A stretch of 64,000 bases of DNA from Eledone cirrhosa. Its lineage: Eukaryota. A model generated the notes under the pieces. That model had not been told where the DNA came from, searched no databases, and saw only the letters and a program-made list of their open reading frames with translations. The stretch covers positions 218,364,001 to 218,428,000 of the forward strand of contig OZ024742.1 in NCBI GenBank assembly GCA_964016885.1, given 5' to 3'. The translations under genes and the position numbers were made by a program. Of this stretch, positions 54,651 to 64,000 are shown in pieces. Every line of letters starts with the position of its first letter. The first letter of the stretch is position 1.

Positions 54651-54656
<6 letters not shown>
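54439..54656. repeat. Inverted repeat (~100 bp arms) ending at (TA)n
   Basis: Arms ~54439-54540 and ~54555-54656. Confidence 0.85.
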
Positions 54657-54694
<38 letters not shown>

Positions 54695-54789
54695 TTCGGC
54701 TCTGTTTAATTACATTGAGCTATACCTTTTACTGTCATTTCTATAATACGAAGAGGGTGTTTAACTCCAACACGCTCCAGTATTTTAAT

Positions 54790-54852
<63 letters not shown>

Positions 54853-56343
54853 TACAAATTGTATCCATTAGCTGATATATTCCATTACTTATTTTTTAGT
54901 TTAGGTTCTTTTGTTTACCACCATTATTATCATCATTATTATCATTGGTTTTTGACGACTCTTTATTCTAGCTCTCATAATTTTTTGGCTACTATACCAT
55001 ATCTATCTTCTTACGCATTAAATTTCACTATTAACACCTTATGAGTATATATCTGATTATATATTTTACATTATTTTATTTCATTTTATTTTATTTTATT
55101 TTATTTTATTTTATTTTTATTTTTATTTGGATTCTTCTTTGGATAAACTTTAATTACTTAAACTATAGCTAATATTATACTGCCTTATTGGATATTTTAA
55201 ATATTTTTAATATTAATTTATTAAATAGGGTTTTCGAGTCATTTACCGGGGTTATTTCCTAAGTTTTTACTTAACTGCATGTGAGACCTAAATGTATACT
55301 TTTGTTTTTGTTTTTTAATTTCCGGTTGATTCTATTTATTTATTTTATTTTATATTTTATATTTTATTTGTAATACTACTGTGTATTATATTTACTGTCT
55401 GGCCCTTACTCACTCATCCACATACATGTCTGTTTACCAACCTTGTAATTATAAGTAATTATATATTATATTATGTTAATTATTTTATATTATATTATAT
55501 TGTATTTGTTATTGTAATATCGATCCTTATTACTTACCGTTAATTATATGTAACATTATGATATGTTAAACTTTATATATCATGTAAGATGTTTATATTT
55601 TTGTACCATCATAATTTTTGGGTATTGTACAATTTATTTTTCCTCACCTACTCTGTAACTCTATATGAATTAATTTGTTAACTTGAATGCCATTATATAT
55701 TGTATATTATAAATGTTAGTATATTATTATTATAGTATTATTGTGACATCTATATTGTTTGTGTAAGTTAACCGGAGATTATCTTTTCTATTATATTATA
55801 TTATATAGTATATAATTGTATAGTTTATTATATATTATATGTGCTACTTATAATAATATCATTATTACCTCATGTATATTGGGTATATGTATTATTATTA
55901 TTATTATTATTATTTTTATTCCTATCATGCTTATTTATATTTAAACTCTTAATAAGGTTTAATTTGTGCAGTTGAAGATGGATATGTGTATTGATGTATG
56001 TGTATGTGTGCGTACGTGTGCGTACATATATACATATGTATATTGTACCTTTTGATTTTTATTGTAATTTTAATATTGGTAAAGGTATATTATATTATAT
56101 TACATTGTATTATGTATAATTCCTGCTCTATATAACCACCTTTGTTTAGCTCTAGAGTTTTTTCGCTTTGGACTATATTTGTAATATGGTTCTAAATGTT
56201 ATACACCTCCTTAGTGATTTTTATTATATATTTTTATTATATATTTTTACCCATAATCTTGCAATACTTTAGTGTATGTACACTCCATATTCTTCGGAGT
56301 TTCCGGCTTGTATTGGCCGATAATACTTCTTGTTGTTTTAATT

Positions 56344-56381
56344 GCCCTGATGAGTCCTTAATAGGACGAAACATTGTTGGC
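56344..56381 (+). ncRNA. Canonical minimal type I hammerhead ribozyme
   Basis: gcc-CTGATGA-GTCCT-taat-AGGAC-GAAAC-att-GTT-ggc, then AATAAA and (TA)n. Confidence 0.88.
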
Positions 56382-56429
56382 TAATAAAGACTTTTGATGT
56401 ATTGAAGGCTTCTTTGTTTTACTTTCATA

Positions 56430-56463
<34 letters not shown>

Positions 56464-56505
56464 GATATTAACAAATGAAAACTATATTTATAAAACCATA
56501 TTTAT

Positions 56506-56565
56506 TTCATTATACATATTTCAAGGACACCAAGTTAAATTATAGTGTGGTTTCATCAGATAAAA
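56506..56565 (-). ncRNA. Type I hammerhead ribozyme motif (26473 family)
   Basis: ttttat-CTGATGA-aac..CTT-GAAAT-atgt-ATA-atgaaa. Confidence 0.65.
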
Positions 56566-56758
56566 TATAATATAGATCAGTTTTATAAATAAATATTGAC
56601 ATACCCTTAAAGAATGCAAACATTACTGTTGGAAGCTCCAGGATAGTGGAGTTATAACTTTAATTATATTATTAGGTAAGTTAGTATTGGATATTTTAAA
56701 ATAAGCCGTTGGGTTACGGAGAAAGAGAAAGAGAGAGAAAGAGCAGAACAACAGAGAG

Positions 56759-56813
<55 letters not shown>

Positions 56814-57231
56814 CAGAGAAAGGAGAGAGAACGAAAAACTCTAAGTCATATCTTGTTGAGTTATCTTAACATTTGAGATGAAATGAATAAATAAAATTAG
56901 AAATGTTAATAATCATGAATGGAATATACATATATAATATATAATATGAGAAATTTAACCATTGTTTAAATATGATTAGATGTTTAGTTAATCAGTTAAA
57001 TATTGAGATCAATATATATATATATATATAAACAAAGAGGGTGTGGTAAGAAACCATATATATGTATCTTTTTAACCTGTTAGTTTTTTCGTTGCTTTGG
57101 TATTGTGTGTTAGGTTTTGCCTACCACAATGTTCATTACTCTATTATTGAGTGCTTTGCTACTCATTCCTTATTGTAGGTCGACTTTGCTTGCCCACAGA
57201 CAAAGCTTCGATTTTACTAACCTTACACTTC

Positions 57232-57295
<64 letters not shown>

Positions 57296-57494
57296 CATAT
57301 ACATATATATATATAAACATATATATATATATAAATATATATAAATATATATATGATATTAAATAAATGGAAACTATATTTATAAAACCATATTTATTTC
57401 ATTATATATATTTCAGGGTTTATATCAGTTATAAATATTTACTCGTTGTTAACCCAACAATTTAAATATAACTTTCCATATAAATATATATATG

Positions 57495-57594
<100 letters not shown>

Positions 57595-57975
57595 CTCTTT
57601 GAGAGTAAGCAGTATAATAAAACCACTTGTTGAACCCCTGTCATAGCATTTAGATTAAGCTATCTGTATTCTTCAAACCTCTCTCTCTCCTACCCCTACA
57701 TATCTATCTCTCCCTCTCCCTTTCTTTTCCTCTTCCTTTTCTACTCTATCTTCCCCAATTACTCATTTTAAGAAATATAAAGAAACCATGATTCAACCAT
57801 TCGTTCTGACGATTTGGTAGTACGAACAGCATTTGAAAATTGAGTATCTGCAAATTAATAACGACTAATTTGCATATAGCATGACTAGGCTGTGTAACTA
57901 CTAAAGAAACATTTGTAAACACTTGGAATAAATTGCCTTTTTATGATGTCTATCTGTTTTGTTAATCATTCTTTA

Positions 57976-58044
<69 letters not shown>

Positions 58045-58048
<4 letters not shown>

Positions 58049-58210
58049 ATAATAATAAATGTGAAGACTAAAATGCGAAGAAGAGGGCTCGATAAGGATA
58101 ATATATATATCAAAATATATAAAACCAAAGAGCAAATATTTATTAAAATAACAGATTAAAGTTTAAGCAAAGAATCGCTGCTTTCACCCTTAACGGGATC
58201 TTCTGAAGAT
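58045..58210 (-). repeat. Dispersed (TA)n-anchored repeat; related sequence at 371-445 and 61216-61345
   Basis: CAGAAGATCCCGTTAAGGGTGAAAGCAGCGATTCTTTGCTTAAACTTT is shared with 375-420. Confidence 0.8.
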
Positions 58211-59214
58211 ATAGTGTTTATATATAGTGTTGTAGAAGATCACGCCACCTAACCTTTGACTTTGGAGGCAGTCTATTAACTGCCCTTAGTTCTGATGTCA
58301 CGATCTGACGTCAGTAGCTGAATACATACTCTTCGACTTTGTCTCTTGAGGCGACCAGACGAGTTTCACTGTGGCGAAACAGCGATATTGCACCATGCGG
58401 TCACGGGCTATTTGAACACCGCCACTTAATGATAATTTCGAATTACCAATCAAGGAGCAACTGATATGATAACCTGTTTTGTTTATTGCTCTGATTAAAA
58501 TGCTCATGTACATATAATCTCGAGGTATGTTCTTTTTGCTTAATTGTTTACCTACACCTAACAACAAATAGAAGAGATGTCCTAGCAGCCAAGCTAGGGA
58601 AACGACGCAGCCTTCTAAAATGGTGACCATCTCTCCTAAAGTGTTTTTGTTTTAAATATAATAAATTAATACATTAATATTTAAAAATGGAAAAGAAAGG
58701 CAAAGACCACGGCTCTAGGGTCACAGAAGAATGGGAGGAGGCGGGAGAGAAAGTTAAAGTTAACTACAATGGAATTAGAAAACAAAACCTAAATACTACC
58801 ACGTATCATTTCTCTCCCTTCCTCTACCAATTTTAGCAATCCACCACAATTTTATTCCACACTTTACCAATTCTGCTAATCTGCCTCTATTATATCTTTC
58901 ACTCTACAATTCCACCATTCCTTCACTATTTTGTCCTTGGCTCTTCTATTTCTGCCAATTCAAGCAGAAGTTTATAATGAAACACTCAGTCTTAACTGGA
59001 AAGTGCATAGATCAAAGCCAAGGATCGTTTACTGTGGCACAAGATCAAATCTTTCTCAGCAGAAAAAATAAAATTCTCAAAGTAAAGCAGAATACAAAAT
59101 ATAACTGCTGAATTCATGGAGGTTGTGAACAAACAATCAATCATACCATTCGTGGCTGACCAGTGTAAGGTCAAAAGTGAATATGCATATATATATATAT
59201 GTGTGTGTGTGTGC

Positions 59215-59248
<34 letters not shown>

Positions 59249-59414
59249 ATGTGTGTATATATATATATATATGTGTGTATATATAGATATGTATGTATAT
59301 ATACATATATATATATGTATATATATATGTATATATGTATATGTATATATGTATATATAAATATATATATGTATGTATATATACACACTCACACACACAT
59401 ACACACACACACAT

Positions 59415-59454
<40 letters not shown>

Positions 59455-59455
<1 letters not shown>

Positions 59456-60220
59456 AAACCTGAGAAGAAAGAAGAATACTGCGTGGTTGCACATAGGTTG
59501 CATATGATAAAAGTAGTCCTTCGTCAGTGATTTTCCAACCATCATTGGAATTTCATCTCATTAAAAATCAGATACCTCAGGTTGGTGCGAGCAATAACTA
59601 AAAAAAGTTATTAGGACCAGTAAATCGTGTAAAGCGAGGGGGACAAGTGAACAACATAGAAGGATAAAAGCAAACCAAAGAAAGGAAATAAACAAGCAAC
59701 ATGGTAGTCCTGGTCAGCATAAGCTGGGTGGATTTCATGAGCGAAAGGTACAGACACGTCCAGCGTGAGTGGGATGTAAGCAAGAAGAGGCCCACTGTTA
59801 GCCAAACGGGAGGAAGTGAGAAGGGGAGAAACAGAGAGTGAGTGAGTGGAAGTGCGAGGAAGCGGTCAGTCGAGAGAAAGTGTAACTGACAGAGGGGGCG
59901 AAAGAAGGTGAGAGAAACAGAGAGAACGGGGAATCAGTAAGAGAGAAACAGACAAACGCAGCCGAGGTGAATATATATAAAAAAACATGAGAAGAAAGAA
60001 GGATACTGCGTGGTTGTACATAGGTTACATATGATAAAAATAGTCCTTCGTCAGTGATTTTCCAACCATCATTGGTATTTCAGCGCATTAAAAATCAGAT
60101 ACCTCAGGTTGGTGCGAGCAATAACTAAAAAAGGTTATTGAGACCAGTAAATCGCGTAAAGCGAGGGGGACAAGTGAACAACATAGAAGGATAGAAGGAT
60201 AAAAGCAAACCAAAGAACCA
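59455..60220. repeat. Two ~240 bp direct repeats, each starting at a TA tract
   Basis: TGAGAAGAAAGAAG.ATACTGCGTGGTTG...AAAGCAAACCAAAGAA at ~59455 and ~59980. Confidence 0.85.
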
Positions 60221-60226
60221 TATATG

Positions 60227-60361
<135 letters not shown>

Positions 60362-60362
60362 A

Positions 60363-60407
<45 letters not shown>

Positions 60408-60409
60408 AG

Positions 60410-60510
<101 letters not shown>

Positions 60511-60920
60511 AGTCGAGACCGGACGGCTGAGCTCTTGCCATTTTCAACAGCTAGTTCCAGGTCTGGAAAAAGTATTTCATAAAATGCATCCTCTCGGCAC
60601 CAGGTTGTCAGTAGAAAAGACAACAAAAACACTGGCGCTGCGGAGGTGGTAGCAAATGGAAGTGACAAGCGAGAGCCGTGGGTAGGAAAATAAAAGAAGC
60701 AGCAAGAAGAAGGGAAGAGTGGGGGGCGGGGTGAAAGAACGAAAAAGGAAGGGAAAAGGGAAGAGGGATATTTTTCTGTTACACGAGCCGATAATTTTAT
60801 GTGGTACTCATAAGTTAAATCGTGTGAAACCACAGTCGGACTGAGAGCTGATGAGGTCGTCTCATTATTCTACGAATTCTAATGCACACGCGCTCCAACT
60901 CGATCTTCGAGAAAACTTTG

Positions 60921-60960
<40 letters not shown>

Positions 60961-60962
<2 letters not shown>

Positions 60963-61159
60963 GAAGGAAATGTGGTAAGGAACCAGATGGACCATAACGC
61001 ACAAAAGTACTCAATACTTATGGTAATAGAGTGGGTAATAGGAACGAGTGACAGTCAAGTTTGCAATTTTCAACAGTTCCTATTACCCACTCTACTACCC
61101 TAAGTATTGAGTACTTTGGTGCGTTATGGTCCACCTGGTTCCTTACCACATTTCCTTCG

Positions 61160-61160
<1 letters not shown>
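60961..61160. mobile_element. Head-to-head pair of 15951-family 3' ends between (TA)n tracts
   Basis: CGAAGGAAATGTGGTAAGGAACC...GGGTAATAGGAAC is mirrored as GTTCCTATTACCC...CCACATTTCCTTCG. Confidence 0.8.
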
Positions 61161-61219
<59 letters not shown>

Positions 61220-61450
61220 ATAATAAAAAAAAATGTGAAGACTAAAATCCGAAGAGGCTTCGATAAAGATTTTATATATAAAGATGTATAAAAGCCGTAG
61301 AGCAAATATTTATTAAAAGAACAGATTAAAGTTTAAGCAAAGAACCCTTTGCTTAAACTTTAATCTGTTATTTATATATGTATATATATGTGTATATATA
61401 TATATATATACATTTATATACTTATTTATTTATATATAGATATATATATA

Positions 61451-61481
<31 letters not shown>

Positions 61482-61965
61482 GTGTGCATGTGCATGTATG
61501 TGGGAGTGCCTGTGTGTCTGTGTAGATAGGTATGACAGTGCTGGAGCTTTCACATACTGGGAGCTATGCCAATATTATGAAACATCGACGAAAAGGAGTT
61601 GGTAAATATATACTGAAATGCCAGATGATGAAGGCAAACGATCCTGATATTGTTGTCAGAAACTATTAAGACAAAAAAATGTATCTTAACTAATGTATTA
61701 AATAGAAAGGACGACACAAATAATCAAGTGTCCTAGTTTCATAACTTAAATTTAGAGGCTACCAATGTGTGTGTGTGTGTGTGTGTGTGTGAAGAAAAAT
61801 CTTCCGTGTTATTTACTTTGTGGTGAAATTCTGGGGAAAGCAGGATCAGAGTAAAGGTGGTTGAATGACGAGGATGATGAAAGGTAGGGAGTAAGCAATC
61901 ACTCCCAACTTCAGTGATAAAATATAATCAAAATAAACATTCGATTATTTATTTCAAGCAGCAAG

Positions 61966-62161
61966 GGAGGTGGATTGGCAGTATCGGTAGAGAGTCGGAC
62001 ACCATGCTTTGCAGCATAGAGTTACGACCCTTTACGGCCTGAGTTCAAATCCCACCGAGGTTAACTTCGCCTTTCATTCTTACAGGGTCGATAAAATAAA
62101 GTACCAGTAGCGTACTGAGGGTCGATTTATCCGACTTTCCCCTCCCCCCAAATTACTGGCC
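61966..62161 (+). mobile_element. tRNA-derived SINE with TSD
   Basis: Family copy flanked by TTTATTTCAAGCAGC. Confidence 0.88.
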
Positions 62162-62289
62162 TCATTATTTATTTCAAGCAGCCCCTCTCCACACACACCT
62201 TTCTATCTCGCTCTTAATCGCTTTTTCTCTATAGGTGAGCGACTTCATACATATAAATGTAAATCTAAAAGTGTACACAGGCAAATATG

Positions 62290-62350
<61 letters not shown>

Positions 62351-62556
62351 TTGTGTGTGAGTTAGTGGGTGTGTGTGTGCTACTACGTGTGTGAGGGGAG
62401 GGGGCACATATGTGTATTAAGAATATAAATAAGTGCAAGACAGGTTTCGACGGCCTAAGTGTTTTATATTTAAGCTTACTAATCCATTATACAATTTACC
62501 TTTCAAGCATTTATCATATAAATATAAATATATATATAGAACACACAGACGCCCAC

Positions 62557-62592
<36 letters not shown>

Positions 62593-62597
62593 ACAGA

Positions 62598-62650
<53 letters not shown>

Positions 62651-62679
62651 GTGGGCGCATATATATATATATAGATATG

Positions 62680-62970
62680 TGAAAGCGCATGGCTTAGTGA
62701 TTAGGGGTTCGAGCTCACAATCGTAATATTATGAGTTCGAATCCTGGACCGAGTAGTACTGTGTGTTCTTGAGCTCCAGTTCACTCAACGATGTTGTCCA
62801 AGGGAAAGGCAGTGGCCATACTGTATCGGCCGTTGTCTTTCCCTTGGTGTGGAGAGGTGTGAGAGCATGGGCGACTGCTGGTCATCCACCAACACACCTT
62901 GCTCAGGGTTGTGTGGGAGGGTAACTTTCTAGTTGCAAAAGCATGGTCACTCCTGACCGAAGGGGACCTA
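62680..62970 (+). mobile_element. Second tRNA-derived SINE family copy
   Basis: GCATGGCTTAGTGATTAGG (A box) and GAGTTCGAATCC (B box). Confidence 0.65.
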
Positions 62971-62997
62971 CGATATATATATATATATATATAAATA

Positions 62998-63356
62998 CTA
63001 GCTGACGTACCCAGCTTCACCCGGGTAAACAGATGATAAGAGAAGACAGGTAAAAGAGAAAATGACTGTATTGGATGTTTGTCTGGTCACAGTATGAGGC
63101 GAGTCTGTGGTGTCTGTTTGATACAAAAAACAGTAAAAAAAATCTTCCAGATATACCAGATTCTTCGTTGTACCGTTTGTGCATAGTATATGAACAATTC
63201 TAGGTGCTCCCACGTGGAATAGTGACCTCTAGGAGATGGTTCATCTTCTGCCTGACTGTAAAACGTGTATCATTGCATAGACGTGGTTGTTCCACGTTTC
63301 TCAAAAGGATGATGGAAGTTCCAATCTTTTATATTATATGTAGATATAGATATAGA
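62998..63356 (-). mobile_element. Non-autonomous Helitron
   Basis: Minus strand begins TCTATATCTA..., ends with hairpin ACCCGG-gtgaag-CTGGGT then CTAG, inserted at A|T. Confidence 0.75.
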
Positions 63357-63374
63357 TAATTAATATAAAAGATA

Positions 63375-63617
63375 ATGCTCAGCCAGTTCGTCTTCAACCA
63401 TCGCAGCACGCTGTTGCTGCTTGACTCCAGTGTTTCGTTGGCGTTGTTCAGCCAGCTCCTCTTCGTTCATGGCGGCACGTCTTCGCCTCTGAAGTTCGGC
63501 GTTCCGATGGCGCTGTTCGGCCCGTTTTTCTTCATTCCTGGCTGTACGCCGTCGCCGCTGTAGTTCACTGTTTGATAAAGTCGAATTGCTTTTATTATCA
63601 GTATTCATTTCGAGCAA
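63375..63617 (-). pseudogene. Possible N-terminal Arg/Glu-rich repeat of a Helitron RepHel-like protein
   Basis: Three ~23-aa repeats ELQRRRR.A.NEE..AEQR.RN adjacent to a Helitron; no catalytic motif seen. Confidence 0.4.
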
Positions 63618-64000
63618 TTGTCAAAAAATGACACAATAATAATGTCCGTCAATGTAAAAAAAGATCCCTATTTACTCCTTTCACAACTCTGTGTATGTTA
63701 GACTGACAGACAGGCACACAGACAGATAAACTGCGTGGCCGTGGCGATTGTGGGACGCCTCACGTACACACACATACACGCATGGAAATGCGCACACGGA
63801 CGCAAACTTACACACGCACCCGTGCACTTACACACACGCACACACTCACACATGTTGATAGTTTTTACTTTTTGTGGAACGCTGCACGCACGCACACACA
63901 CATAAACATACGCGTTCACATTGCCTCTCTGTTTCTTACTCTCTCCTCTGACTCCCTCATTGGCATTATGCATATTAATTTAAGTTTAGCGTCGTTGAGG

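Noticed and set aside
60822-60862. Type II hammerhead (GAAAC-CACA-GTC...CTGATGA)
   Set aside because: Core boxes are present but stems I and II do not pair convincingly.

Overview
AT-rich eukaryotic DNA, most likely intronic or intergenic. It is packed with (TA)n/(CA)n/(GA)n microsatellites and retro/DNA transposon relics. The abundant tRNA-derived SINE resembles octopod SINE families, so an octopod cephalopod source is inferred, not proven. No intact host gene is evident, and most ORFs in the track are microsatellite translation artefacts. Recognisable elements: a decayed Penelope-like element (PLE; RT + GIY-YIG, Naiad-like) at 1121-4270 (-); an R4/Dong-type LINE (RT, CCHC, restriction-like endonuclease) at 37575-39630; fragments of I-group (RNase H), CR1-like, RTE and CRE LINEs; hAT and Tc1/mariner-type MITEs with TIRs/TSDs; a non-autonomous Helitron; and more than 20 SINE copies. 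The most striking signal is about 20 type I hammerhead ribozyme (HHR) motifs, read and folded by eye. They belong to at least 8 unrelated short repeat families, and almost all sit in 100-400 bp PLE-terminus-like fragments that abut (TA)n tracts and often form head-to-head fold-backs. Several carry a compensatory U3-A8 core, and another group has an unresolved non-canonical 5' core. Coordinates were counted by hand and may be off by a few bases; no folding or database search was run.
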